Positions 48,862-61,946 are shown, counted from the stretch's first letter. The stretch is 64,000 nucleotides of DNA from Chiloscyllium plagiosum (GCF_004010195.1 NC_057725.1:57533757-57597756), one strand, 5' to 3'. A program made the numbers and translations. Notes: generated by a model not told the origin, from the letters alone.

Positions 48862-49274
48862 GTACTGCTTCACCTTTTGCATTTCTGCCTGAATATTTTG
48901 TGTAATCTTGTTACAACTTTCACTGCTGGCATAAGTCGTTTTTATGTGTAAATCAATCACTTAAATTTGAACACTTTTATATCACTGCAAGTGAAGTCAG
49001 AAACAGTTAACGTTTCAGAAGAGGAGTCATTACCAGACTTGAAATGTTAACTCTTTGACTCTCCAAAGATGCTGCCAGACCACCTGAGTTTCTACAGCAC
49101 TTTGAAAAATAAACTGAATGAGTTAGAAGCATTGCCAATGCAGAATTTAAATCCCACTGTCCTTCCTGCAATTGAGGTTAGAGTCTTTCTGACAACTTGT
49201 TGAAGAATCGAAGCCAAGTTGCATGGATCAGGAGGACATGTACCTTTAGTAATGGATAAGATGGGGTCAACGTG

Positions 49275-49530
49275 CCACGGGCAGCACTGTTGCCTCATAG
49301 CGCCAGGGACCCTGGTTTGATTCCACTGTCAGTTGATTGTGAAGAGTTTGCGCATTCTGCCTATGTCTGTGTGGGTTTCCTCCAGGTGTTCCAGTTTCCT
49401 CCCACAGTTGAAAGATATGCAGGTTAGGTGGATTGGCTGTGCTAAATCCCATAGTGTCCAGGGATGTGAAGTCGAGAGTTGGTATGGACTTGATGGGCTG
49501 AATGGCCTGCTCCCACATTATAAGGATTCG
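49275..49530 (+). mobile_element. Diverged HE1-type SINE
   Basis: V-domain and tail. Confidence 0.75.
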
Positions 49531-49901
49531 ATGAACTTGGATTGATTTAACATTACAATACAATCAATGGATGAACTTAAACAGCTTAAGATGAACAGTC
49601 CTGTACTACAAACTATTACGGGAATTCCATTGAGAACAACTATGGAGAAATAAAAATGATAACTTCACTGCCAAGCTACCATTTTGCAAAAAATACTTCT
49701 GTATTATAATAAGAACAATGAGCTACTGAGTTCTTTTTTAAAATAAAAATATTACACGATGTGGATCTGGATGAGTACTGTGGCACTAATGGCCTTCCCA
49801 AGGACTAGTTCAGCCGATGCACTTTTTTCAATATTGTTTCTCTCCCATTATTTACTTCAATGTGAACGATGCTCTTATTGTTCATCTCCTATTTTGTACA
49901 G

Positions 49902-50016
49902 AAATCTGAGCTCAGGAAAAGAAGAAACACGTCAGAAAATGCGGGAATGTAAAGGTTTAGTGGACTCTCTGGTCTACTACATCCAGCAATCTCTGGATCA
50001 TAATGCAGCCAGCAAG
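49902..50016 (+). CDS. PKP3: PKP3 coding exon 7 (NLSSGKEETRQKMRECKGLVDSLVYYIQQSLDHNAASK)
   Basis: Acceptor attttgtacag, donor AAG|gtaagg, 115 nt. Confidence 0.95.
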
Positions 50017-51499
50017 GTAAGGATCTTCTTGATTGCAGTTAGGCAAGAATACAATAAACAGAAGCAGTAGCTATCTTTAGGATGCATCCAATTGGGGCCA
50101 AACTTAAGTCCCCTTTTCTAGTGAATTCAAACCCGCTTCACTTGTCTACTGTTCATGCTTGTGGTTGAGAAATTGAGAGTAACAATATAAATGAAACCAT
50201 CCCCATGAGAGAGTTTCCCAGAGAATGGAAGGATGAAGACTTTCTCAAATTTCAAGGCTGGCCATCAATCCCAATCTGCTCACAATTTATATGGAGTGGG
50301 AGAGCCCTGGGGAGAGGTGTCCGCACTCGCTCCAATCGGCCACTTAATGATTGGATTCTGCCCACTTTCTGAGCAGATGCCTAGCAGATTGTCCTACTTG
50401 AGCCTCAGGCAAGGAGGTGGTGAGGCACCTCTCAGAAAGGTCACTTTTCCCCCTTTAGACACCTCCCAAGGTCTGACCCTTGCAGGTCCTTTACCGCCTG
50501 GACAGCAAGACCCACTTTGAGGCTCATTACCTGCCAACCCACTTGGCTGATCCAGGCCATTAGTCCCAGTGTTCCCCAATATTCCTATTGCTGGCCAGTC
50601 AGATAATGTTTCCTGAGGCAGGGCTTCCATGTGTGAGGTGGGGAAGTCCAGTCTCCAGCCAATTAATACTATTCGGTGGGGATGAAGTGCAGCTACTGCC
50701 ATTACTATTGAACAAACTGCATATGTCTGGTTTGCTGTTTCAGCACTTCCATTCCACCTTTCCCTGTGTTTTGTGGAACTGCTGTGTATTGTAGTTGTCA
50801 GACATTTACTGGATGTACATTTTGTACTTGCTGGAGCTATTTGTGGTATTTCTTCTTTCCAGTGTGACTACTCAGTGTTCAAGTGGGCTTTGTGTGTTAT
50901 TAGCAATCAGGTCTGAAGGAGCTGCCTGCTTTGAATGATTAGCCAGTTGAAACATTATCCCATTGCTCAGTCTACGGTATTAATCAGTAACTGCATCCCT
51001 GTTGATGAGTAACTAGGTTTAAAAAACTGAGAGGCATGTTTTTTTTTCAGAAATACAGAGATCTACAAATCTGAACTGAAGAAGCGTAGTTTTTGTTTAA
51101 CTTGTAATCTCTAGCCCAGCTGGAGAACCGGTGGATTGTTAGGGTGTGAGTTTGTAGCAAGAAAAGATTGTTTTAAAAATTCCCAAATCAAAGAATTTAT
51201 TAAATTGCCATCTGTAAAACATTGTGTACCTATAAAGTTCCAATTTATTGAAAAACAAACTGTATTCTTTGACCTTGGATAATGAATGCTGTGTTGATCA
51301 CGTAATTGAAAATGACAGGCTTTTCTGAGAAAGCTGTGCTTCCCATAGTTCCTACTGAAACTAGTTTCTCCCCAGTCAAGTACTGAGGCACTGTTAAAAA
51401 TGATCAGGAATAATACAATTGGGGAATCTTGCCTTAAATAAAACAGTACAGCACAGGAACTGACCCCTCCATAACTGGGCTGCCATCTGCCTGCCCTTG

Positions 51500-52180
51500 A
51501 TCCATATGCCTCTATTCTCTGCCTGTTCACATGTCTGTCCAAATGCCTTTAAACTTTGCCCATGTTTCTGCTTTTGCCAGATCCTCCTGGCAGTGCATTC
51601 CAGGCATCTACCACTGGCTTTGTAAAAACAAAGCTTTCCTCTCATATCTCTTTTTAGACTTTTATTCCTCTCACCAGTTAACCCTATTTCCGCCCTGGGA
51701 AAGAGACTCTGACTATCTACCTTATCCATGCCTCTGAGGTATTTTTAGTTTTTGAAAACATGCATACAAGTTTCATTCCTTCAAATTGCAACATTAGTAT
51801 TTAACACAGAAGAGTACAGCACAGCGCAGGCCCTTGGGCCCTCGATGATGTGCCAACCATTTATCCTACTCTAAGATCTAACTAACCTACGTACTCTTCA
51901 TTTTGCTATCATCCGTGTTTCTATCCAAGAGTTGTTTAACTGTCCCGAATGTCTCTGACTCTACTATCACCATTGGCAGTGCATTCCACACACCCACCAC
52001 TTTCTGTGTAAAAGAACCGACCTCTGACCTCTCCCCTAAACCTTCCTCCAATCAGCTTAAAATTATGCCCCTCGTGATAGTCATTGCCGCCCTGGGGAAA
52101 AGTCTCTGGCTATCCACTCTATCTATGCCTCTCGCCATCTTGTACATCTCTATAAAGTCACCTCTCATCCTCCTTCGCTA
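51500..52180 (-). mobile_element. Two adjacent CR1-type LINE 3' fragments (51500-51740 and 51808-52180)
   Basis: Minus-strand MDKVDSQSLFPR and WNALP remnants. Confidence 0.7.
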
Positions 52181-52893
52181 ACATTGCCCTGAATTGCACT
52201 GATACCCATATTGTAAGTCATAGAATTTATTAGGAGTTTTTAGGAAGACAGTATCATCTTTTAGAGAAGGATTATACAAGTGAGCGTTTACCCTATACAC
52301 TAGCCCATGCACATGACGAGAAATAGGAATACAGCACATCATCCTATACAGATCGAGTTTTAGATTAGCTTGGAGAGAGACACGATTGGATTCAATCTAT
52401 TTTATCTGTTGATGATCCAATTCATTAGAAACTAAGTTTGATTGGGAGTCCAGCTGCTTGATGTGTGTATGTAGTTGGGGGTCTGAAGACATTAGTAGTA
52501 GTCACTATCCTTTCCCTGGGTGAAATCTCTCGGCTGAATTTCTTGCTGTCACTCAGTAAGCATGATGATGACCAGGGTCTTGTCTCATTCTGAGAGAGGC
52601 ACCTGGTGGGGTTACAGACTGAGGTTTTTCAGTTCTCTCTGGAAGACAGTGATTGTCTTCAGACAGGGAGCTAATAATATTATGAAAGACCTTTCCCTCT
52701 GTTTGTAAACATAGATAACTAGTTGAGGAGCTGAGAAAGAACAGATGTTAACTATACAACAGGCAGCATTGTTTCCAGCTCTTCATGGTAAGTTGCATTT
52801 GTCATTTAAGCAAATATTTGAAAGCTGTATCACTATATAGACATAAATCCGATTTGACTTAATATTTCTGCCGTTCCTCCTCTATCTCAACAG

Positions 52894-53061
52894 AGTGTAG
52901 AGAATTCAGCCTGCGTCCTGCGCAACTTGTCCTACCGGCTGTACGAAGAAATACCATCCTTTTATCAGAACCGATTGGAGGGCCCTGGCAGGAATGACAG
53001 AAATGTGAAGAAAGATGATGTTGTGGGATGTTTCACTCCTCAGAGTCGGAAGGTTAAAGAG
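52894..53061 (+). CDS. PKP3: PKP3 coding exon 8 (SVENSACVLRNLSYRLYEE...VVGCFTPQSRKVKE)
   Basis: Acceptor tctcaacag, donor GAG|gtgagg, 168 nt, phase 0-0. Confidence 0.95.
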
Positions 53062-53529
53062 GTGAGGGAATTGCATTTCCTATATCGTAGAGGTGAACAG
53101 ACATTGTCTGGTGTACACAGTCTTTCACTAAAATATAATTCAATACTCTCTCCTTCAGAACTATTTGCTTCCCACAAGACTTGATGGTGGCAGAGAGGTT
53201 GGAGTGGGCAGGGGTATTATTCACAATTTATTTTCAGTTGCTGCACAGTACACAAAATACTAACAAGTTTATCAAAAGCCATTTTTGTTTCACTTAGCAC
53301 ACAAGAGGAACCTGGATTCATCTGACTATATTAGCAGGAGGCTGTCATACATTTGATGCCTCCATATTTTTATTTGTATAATGGTGAGCAGAGAGTTCCC
53401 CCACCCACACCAAGAGTAACTTCTGCTAAGTTTTACTGTTATGGTTTTTAAAACAAAAAAAAAACGAGCTAAGTGTTAGACTGAAACATGCCCCAGTTAC
53501 TCATAAACGATGTAATCTTGTTTTCTTAG

Positions 53530-53709
53530 ATCAATACAGATTCAACAATATTTTCAGAAGTTACAAAAGATCCCAAAGGAATGGAGTGGCTATGGAATCC
53601 CGCTATTGTCCGAGTCTACAGCGGGCTCCTGGACAAGAGTGAGGCCAATCAGCAAACCGCTGAAGCTGCCTTGGGGGCACTACAAAATATTACAGCAGGG
53701 GACTTCAGG
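53530..53709 (+). CDS. PKP3: PKP3 coding exon 9 (INTDSTIFSEVTKDPKGMEWLWNPAIVRVYSGLLDKSEANQQTAEAALGALQNITAGDFR); not in ORF track
   Basis: Translated by hand. Acceptor ttttcttag, donor AGG|gtaagt, 180 nt, phase 0-0. Confidence 0.94.
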
Positions 53710-53744
53710 GTAAGTTGCATCCATGGCGTTCCCATTTAGCAGCA

Positions 53745-54685
53745 AACCATTTATTCTTTGATGGTGTGGCCATCATTTATTGGACTGTTGCTAATGATGT
53801 GGTCGTCTTGAACCGCTGCAGTCCATGTAATGTCGTGCTAATATGTAGGGCCTTTCAGTTTTCTGACTTAGAACCATATTGGCTCTCCTTCATTGTCACT
53901 GTCAGAACGAGGAAGGACTTGGAGAAGAACATGCAGCCAGTGATGTTCTCACGCATCTCTAGCTTTGTTCTACCACTAAGTGGTAGAAGCCAGTGGTTCA
54001 GAAGGTGTTGTCAAAGCAGCCATTAGTGAGTTGCTCCAATGCATTTTGTAAATGGTAGATACTCTTGTTGCTATGCACTGGCGAAAGTAGTGAACATTTA
54101 AGGTGGTGGATGGATTGATAAAGCAGGTTGAATTTATCCTGCCTGAGCTACTTGAATGTTTTGGAGCTGCACTCGCCCAAAGTGGATAGTATTCCACCAC
54201 ATAGTGGTGACTAGTACTTTGTAAATGGTGGAACAGGCTGCGAAGACTCAGCAGGAGAGATCCTTACTTCAGAATTTACCTCTGATCTTCTCTTGTAGCC
54301 ATGTATTTGATTGACAGTCAACCACTTCATGATACCATGTGGAGTGAATTGAATTTGGCTCAAGGGTGGGACTTGAGGTGCAGGGGAATTCAGAAGGAGG
54401 CTGAGGTAGATGTCCATCTCTATGCTGTTGGCTGAAATAAAGCGTACAAGCGCTCTAACCTTGCCTTGTGCAGTGATGTGTTGGGTTCCCATGACTGAGA
54501 ATAAAGATTCTGTAGAGCCACTGTTCCTCCTTTAATTGTTCATCACCATTCCCAACAAGACATGACAGGATTGCAGAGCTTTGATCTGAGTGTTTGCTTG
54601 CAGGATTGCTTGGCTCTGTTACGACTTACTAATATGCTGCTGAATATGCATTTGGTCCTGTTTCGTAACCTCGGTTGGTACTCAT
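53745..54685 (-). mobile_element. Degraded LINE (SINE-B partner family)
   Basis: Collinear with 11195-11590 and 16900-17500. Confidence 0.6.
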
Positions 54686-55900
54686 AGAATTTTAGAAAAT
54701 CTACTGCATAGTAGCAGGCCATTCAGTCTGTCACATCTGTGCCAGTTAAGTGAAATCTCCCCAGCCCAATGATGCCTTCCTATGTTAAATCTGTGGTTCT
54801 ACAGGTCACAGTCCTTCAAGTGGACTTTCAAGTGCCTTTGAAAAATGGTGCAAATTTCAGCCTCTACCCTTTTTTTTCAGGCAGTGACATTAGATTGCTA
54901 CCACGTTCTGGTTAACAAATATTTCCTCATCCCTCCTTTAATGCTTCTATAAATTACGTCTCCTGTGCTAAAGTAAATAGAGTAAATAAGAAAACAATCT
55001 ATGGGCCCTCATTACTTTATAGATGTCAACTTTTTAATTGCAACATTTAAGAGCATTTGGATGGGTACATGAATAGGAAGGGTTTGGAGGGATATGGGCC
55101 GGGTGCTGGCAGGTGGCACTAGATTGGGTTGGGATATCTGGTCGGCATGGACGGGTTGAACTGAAGGGTCTGTTCCCGTGCTGTACATCTCTAAGTCTCT
55201 AATTTAGACACTCCTCTAGTTCCTTTGTCCAAGGAAAACAAAGCCATCTTATCAAATCTTTTGCAATTTCAGTCAGGCAATAGCCTCATAAATCTCCTCT
55301 GCTCCCTCCCCAGCGCAGTCATGGCTTTCCTGTAATCCAGTGACTAGGAATATACGTAGTGTTTGAGCTGTGGTTTAATTATTGTTATATGCAGGAGTAA
55401 GTGAGGACTGCAGATCAGAGTCGAGAGTGTGGTGCTGGAAAAGCACAGCCGGTGTATGCAGTTCTAGCCAAACATCCCTCATCTTGTATGCTGTGCCTCA
55501 GCTAATAAATGAATCATTTTTACTGTTTCCTTATAAATTTCAGTGCTACAACTTTGGTTTAACAATCAAACCTTATTTAGTTTAAAAAATATATTTATTG
55601 ACCTGTCTTACCCTTAAGGACCTGCAGTCATAAAATCCAAGGACCTTCTATTCCCCTACATTACTCCATATCCTCCCATTTGTCCTATATTTCCTGGTCT
55701 TGTGCTATCCAAAATGCATTACCTCTCACTTCTCCATTTTTCATTCTTCTGCTAACCTGATCAAGCCTTTTTCCATCTTGAAATCTAAAACTGCCCTCTA
55801 AAACTGCCCTCTTCACTGTTGTATTCACACATTTTTTTAAAGGTGGCCCTGTATTTTCATCTAAATGATTAATATAAACTACAGATTTACTTCTCTTATC
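54685..55900 (-). mobile_element. Old CR1 remnant containing a + strand CR1 3' end (55035-55200) and a ~60-bp Penelope tail (55394-55454)
   Basis: Minus-strand CR1 motifs (EVR..HFG). The young insert matches the HER1 3'UTR. The Penelope fragment is flanked by repeated tatgcag. Confidence 0.6.
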
Positions 55901-56534
55901 CAGCATTCTGTGTGCGGTCTGGCAGCCACGGTAGTTCAGGTTTAAGGCATTCCCCCTGCCTACAATTCCATATTGACGTTCATTTTATAAAGACAGCACT
56001 AACTGGCCTTACTGCTGGTTACAAACAAGGTTTGTCAGTCAATGTCCTGACTGTCTTCTTTGCACTCTCCAAGCTATAGTAGTGGTATTTTGAAACATTT
56101 CCTCAAATTCATCTCTTCAACACTGACACCTCATTTCAATTGGAATGTCAGTGGCCAAGTCTAACATGGCCAGAAAAAGCAGAAGATCAGGCCACATACT
56201 GGGCATCGGTCTTAGTGTGAGGGCACTGACTAGGCTGGAAGATCAGGAGATGGGTGAATTGGACACACTGACTGCTGTCTTGTCCAGGAAATTGGCTACT
56301 CCAACAAAGGCCTGAGGCTGACAGAGATACAACCTGCACACAAAACAAGGAACTGAATATTAAGCTCAATGGAGCCAATTGCTAACAGATCATTGTGGCA
56401 AAAAATAACCTGTCAACTATAATGTTTACTTTGTAAGTTTGCAGCAAGTCAGTCAGAAACCAAGCTGTATGATATACTCAAATTCTCTTGCAATAAAGGC
56501 TACGTACAAATAAGTCTTGCTTTAATTGCATAGA

Positions 56535-57062
56535 CCATTGACGAGATTGCACCTGGAGTATTGTGTGCAGTTCTGACCACCTTACCAAAGGAAAAATATT
56601 CTTGTCATAGAGGGAGCATAGTAGAGGCTCACAAACACATTCCTGAGAGGATGGAACTGTCCCATGAGGAGAGATTGAGGAGACTAGGCCTGTATTCTCT
56701 AGAGTTTTGAATAAAGCCTCCTAGAAACCTACAAAATTCTTATTGGGGTTGATATTAGACTCAAAGGTCATTTCTTCTCCCCATGGGGCCTTGAAGCGGG
56801 GGCTGTGGTCTCTAAAACATTTACAACAGAGATGAGGAGGAACTTCCACCCTGAGAAAGTGTTGAATCATTGGAATTCTCTACTGCGGAGAGCTGTGTAA
56901 ACTCAATCAGTTTCAAAGCTGGGATAGTAGATTTCTAGTTGCTGGTGACGTTAAGGGATATGGGGTAGTGTGGGTTTAGAGTTGAGTTAGGTGATTAGCC
57001 ATGATCCAAGATGGTAGAGGAGGCTTGAGGGACTGAATGGCCTATTCCTGCTGCTATGTTCA
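56535..57062 (+). mobile_element. Older CR1-type LINE 3' fragment
   Basis: cacctggagtattgtgtgcagttctg (HLEYCVQF), WNSL remnant and 3'UTR. Confidence 0.75.
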
Positions 57063-58361
57063 AACTCTGAGCCCAATTTGGATCCAAGTACCCATTCTCC
57101 CAGCATATGGAACCTTGTCAAAGGCCTGACTAAAATCTACGTAGATCACATCCACTGGCCCTGCCCTCACCAATCCAAATTTCCAGAAAACACAGATCAA
57201 GTTAGCCGGATATGATCTGCCTTTAAGAAATCCATGTTGACTTTCCTTGATTTATCTGTGCCTTTCTAAGTGAAGCTTTCTACTATGCCTGGGCATTCAT
57301 GCCAATCATTTGCTCACAGCCAGAGTCAAGATCACTGACCTATGATTACTCCGATGAGTTCTTCCTCCTTTTTAAAATAGTACAGCATTGGCAGTCTTCC
57401 AATCCTCTTGCATCGCTATAACTGGGGGAGTTGAAATCTGATTATACAGATATCATGCTCAAAAAAAATGTCGCTGCTCTTGACACAGACATCAGTTTGT
57501 TTTTAGAAAAATTGAAACATGTAACTATTTTCATTTGGTGTGTCATATTGTGGTCAGTCCATCACTTTCCCCCATGTAACCACAAACCTGTTAATTGAAT
57601 GTTGCGTATATTGGAGCATGACCAATGGAAATATACCATTCTAATCTTTTAAGAAAATATTTATTCTTCCTTGGATGTCTGCGTGGCAAAGCCAGCATTT
57701 GTTGCTCATCATAAATTATCTAATTTCCCTTGAGTTGATTACCTTGCCAGACCATGTCAGAGTGCAGTTAAGAGTCAACCACATGGGCTTGATCAGGTCG
57801 AAATGGCAGATCTACTTCTCCAAAGAGTATTAGTAAAACAGATTAGTTTGCATTACATCAATCATCAATAATTTGATGGAACAAAAACAGGAGTTGCTGG
57901 AGAAATTCAGCAAGTCTGGCAGCATCAGTGGGAGAAAGCAGAGTTAACATTATCCTCCTTCAGAGCTTATTGAAGCTGGGAAAAGGTAGGTGAATATGCT
58001 GAAGATTGGGTGGGAGCAAGCGGAAGGGGTAAACAATAGGTGGTGCTGGAGCCCAAAGAGAGAGAGAGAGGGAGAGAGAACAGCAGATGAACAGACAGAG
58101 GAATGCAGCTGCTAATCAACAGCTGCTAATGGAGACCATTAGTGGCTGACAATGGGTGGTTTATGGTAGCAGCCCAAGTGATGACATGGCCTGGTGTGTG
58201 GAGTTGGGGGAAGGACATGGAAGAGGGTGCTTAGGCTCTAAAGTTATTGAACTTGACATTGAACTGCTAATAGTCCCCATGAGAACCAGTATGTACTGTC
58301 AGACAAAGGTACATATTTATCAATTGCACATAGATTTTCCTTTAGAATATAAGACTACTTT

Positions 58362-58672
58362 TTGATTAGATTAGATTATTTACAGTGTGGAAACAGGCCC
58401 TTTGGCCCAACAAGTCCACACCGACCCTCCGAAGAGAAACCCACCCAGGCACATTCCTCTACATCTAACACTATGGGCAAGTTAGCATGGCCAATTGACC
58501 TAACCTGCACATTTTTGGACTATGGGAGGAAACCGGAGCACCCGGAGAAAACCCACGCAGACACTGGGAGCATGTGCAAACTCCACACAGACAGTTGCCT
58601 GAGGTGGGATATGAACCCAGATCTCTGACGCTGTGAGGCAGCAGTGCTGACCACTGTGCCACCGTTCCGCCC
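58362..58672 (-). mobile_element. HE1-type V-SINE
   Basis: Full head, V-domain and (AATCT)n tail on the minus strand. Confidence 0.88.
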
Positions 58673-58786
58673 AGATATGGTTTGTAATTCTTTCCAGCAG
58701 TTTGCAATTTGATGTGCATGACACAAGTTCTCTACAAAATGCTAGTCTCTAGTTGAGATATTACCTTCCCAATGTTTCTGTTGGCT

Positions 58787-58955
58787 CTTAGCTCAGTTGA
58801 CTGGTTCAATTCCCACACTGGCTGAGGTTACCATGAAGGTTCAACCTTCTCAAACTTGCCCCTTACCTGAGGTCTGTTGACTTTCTGGGTAAACTCCCCT
58901 CTCGTCTTCTCTCAAATGAGAGAGCAGCCCTATGGTCCTCTGAGACTATGTGAAC
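58787..58955 (+). mobile_element. Family-C tRNA-derived SINE
   Basis: Homologous to 4808-5008(-). Confidence 0.6.
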
Positions 58956-59396
58956 TTCAGTTAATTTTGAAGTGACTTTATTGCCTGAACATTGATTTGA
59001 ACATCTGTGTATGCTCACTCATAAATTTTTCATGATCTATAAAGGCCATTTTTCTTCTCTGTTGTAGGTGCTTGAAACGCATAACTATTTTCTTGTCTTG
59101 TCCTGTGCTCCACCCAACGATGCTGGCTAAATGTATCATTATAGAGGTTAATTTGATGCTGAACATTAATGTGCCTTCTGTTACTTCATTCTTTTTTATG
59201 GCTTTCTTTACTTCCTTCTTCCTAAGCTGTTAATGTACCTTTACCCGAACTGTTAATCGTGTGTTACAAGATTTGAAAAAAAACAGATGAAAGATTCTTT
59301 TCTGAGTTCGGAGAGTTATTTTGCCTAATTTGAATAGACCATGGCTCCTTCAGCCTCCAGAGTGTGATTATGTTTGTGTCCCTATCTTTTATTCAG

Positions 59397-59550
59397 TGGG
59401 CCTCTGTGATAAGTCGAATAGCAATGGATCAGGACAGAACATGGTACACTCTCATGAGTTATTTGAAGAGCAACAATGACAATGTACTAAAGTCATTGAC
59501 TGGTCTGCTTCGAAATCTTACAGTTCATGCAAGGAACAAGGAAGATATTG
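59397..59550 (+). CDS. PKP3: PKP3 coding exon 10 (WASVISRIAMDQDR...SLTGLLRNLTVHARNKEDI)
   Basis: Acceptor cttttattcag, donor ATT G|gtgagt, 154 nt. Confidence 0.95.
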
Positions 59551-60101
59551 GTGAGTAACCACATAACCGCCAATGGAAATCATTGTTCATTTGGATAAAT
59601 AAGAGCATTTGATAATCTATCCAAGAGCTCCAATATCAATGAGCAAGTTATCAATTTTGATACTGTGCCTGAGCTTCAGCAGATTGGTTTCCGTTTGCTG
59701 AAAGTGGTTTGGAGCCAGCAGGAGAAAGGAAGATAAATGTTACTCTTACTCAAGATGAATGAAAGGCAGACTGAGACAAGTTATGTCAGCTATATGAACC
59801 TTTTCCTGATTAGAAGTATAGTAGGTTATCATTTGGAAGATTTATCTGAGAACGTTGCAAGGTATCAAATCTTTTCACCCACCCCACTCCCTCCCATTAT
59901 ATTGTTTTATAATATCTCTCTCAGTGTGCAGAACATAGTTTCCAGTGACCACCCCCATGAGATGTGTAAGCCATCTGTGCCTCAAGTGCAATTCAAATGC
60001 AAATGTTACATCTTCAGTTTCCACTATCTGAATGATGGATCATTGCAATTATAAATTGATTTTAAAAAGAACTTTCAAGTTATGTCTTTTCCTCTCCATA
60101 G

Positions 60102-60294
60102 CAATCAAGATCATTGGACCTCTCCTGCAAAAGTTGCCAGAGGAAAGCAGTTCCTCTTCACCATCAAACGAGGTGGCAGCTAACATTTGCACGATACTTA
60201 ACAATCTGGTGGTGGAGACCATTGAAGCTCCAAGACAAATTGTAAACCATAATGGATTAAGGAAACTCATGAACATCAAGCACAGAAGAGATAT
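60102..60294 (+). CDS. PKP3: PKP3 coding exon 11 (AIKIIGPLLQKLP...ILNNLVV...GLRKLMNIKHRRD)
   Basis: Acceptor tttcctctccatag, donor AT|gtaagt, 193 nt, phase 1 to 2. Confidence 0.94.
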
Positions 60295-60579
60295 GTAAGT
60301 GGGTCACTTGCTGTGAAAATGTGAAGAATGAGTTTGTGGAACACGTACAAGATATTTTTATAGATCAGTCAATATTTATTTATTTATACGGGGATGTACT
60401 GGTACTGGCTCGGCCAGCATTTATTGTCCATCTCTAATTACCCATGAAGATTGTAGAGAGTCGTGCTCTCTTGAACTGCTGCAGTCCACTTGGTATTGAT
60501 ACAGTGCTGTTCGAGGTGGAGTTGCAGGGTTTTGACCAGTGACAGTCAAGTTGGTAATTTTTCAAGTGATGAGTGGCTT

Positions 60580-61418
60580 GAATCTTGATCAGATGGGCAA
60601 GTGGGCCAAGGAGTGGTAGATGGAGTTTAATTTAGATAAATGTGAGATGCAGCATTTTGGGAAAGCAAATCTTAGCAGGACTTATACACTTAATGGTAAG
60701 GCCCTAGGAAGTGTTGCTGAACAAAGGGACCTTGGAGTGTAGGTTCATAGCTCCTAACAAACTGCAACTCTACTTACAAGGATAGTGAAGAAGGCATTTG
60801 TTATGCTTTCCGTTATTGGTCAGAGTATTGAATTCAGGAGTTGGGAGGTAATGTTGCAGCTGAACAGGATATTGGTTAGGCCACTTTTGGAATATTGCGT
60901 GAATTCTGATCTGCTTCCTAGCAGAAGGATGTTGTGAAACTTGAAAGAGTTCAGAAAAGATTTACAAGGATGTTGCCAGGGTTGGAGGATCTGAGCTACA
61001 GGGAGAGGTTGAATAGGCCCTGGAGCATCGGAGGCTGAGGGGTGACATTATGGAGGTTTACAAAATCTTGAGGGGCATGAATAGGATAAATAGACCAGGT
61101 CTTTTCTCTGGGATGGGAGAATCCAGAACTAGAAGGCATAAGTTTAGGGTGAGAGGAGAAAGATATAAAACAGACCTAAGGGACAATGTTTTCACACAGA
61201 GGGTGGTACGTGTATGGAATAAGCTGCCAGAGGAAGTGGTGGAGGCAAGTACAATTGCACCATTTAAAAAGCACTTGGATGGGTATATGAATAGGAATGG
61301 TTTGAAGGGATATGGGCCGGGTACTGGCAGGTGGGACTAGACTGGGTTGTGATATCTGGTCGTCATGGACAAGTTGGACCGAAGGGTCTCTCTCTGTGCT
61401 GTACATCTCTATGACTCT
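60580..61418 (+). mobile_element. CR1/HER1-type LINE nested in a minus-strand LINE fragment (60380-60580 and 61419-61515)
   Basis: Collinear with 18990-19795. The host rejoins at gagtggcttg|aagaggaacttgcagg. Confidence 0.88.
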
Positions 61419-61529
61419 AAGAGGAACTTGCAGGTTGTGGTGTTTCCAAGTATTTGCTGCCCTTCACATTCAAGGTAGTGGTGGTTGTGGGATGCTTCAA
61501 AGGAGTCCTTGGTAAGTATGATGAATATT

Positions 61530-61872
61530 TCTTAATTCATTCAAAGGATGAGGACATCGCTGGCTAGCCCAGCATTTATTGTCCATCACCTAATTGGCCA
61601 GAGGGCAGTTAAGAGTCAGCCACATTGCTGTGGGCCTGGAGTCGCATGTAGGTCAGACAAGGTAAGGGTGGCAGTTCCCTTCCCTAAAGGGTATTAGTGC
61701 CCCAGATGGGTTTTTCTGATGATTGACTGGTCATCATTAGGCTCTTCATTCTGGTATTTTCCACTGAATTCAAATTTCACCATCTGACCGGAATTCGAAC
61801 CTGGGTTCCTGTAACGTTGCCGGAATCTCTGGATTAACAGTCCAGCAGTAATACCATTAGGTCATCACCTCT
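61530..61872 (-). mobile_element. Family-B SINE
   Basis: Reverse complement of the 42130-42440 type. Confidence 0.75.
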
Positions 61873-61946
61873 CCTGAATTGACTAGTGAACAAACTATTT
61901 TGGATGTACTAAGAGTTCATTTACATGCTTATTGTATAAGATGCTA

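Larger units (their letters stand above)
23268..60294 (+). other. PKP3: Plakophilin-3 gene, coding exons 1-11 (3' end outside window)
   Basis: Eleven exons splice in frame with GT-AG ends. The N-terminal HR2-like motif (FLKSALP..STLAMPSDTQLD..RVQEQVR) and the armadillo repeats (ATAAMRNLIY, ILWNLSS, SVENSACVLRNLSYRLYEE, VVGCFTPQSR, KDPKGMEWLW) resemble PKP3 more than PKP1/2 as I recall those sequences. Confidence 0.93.
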
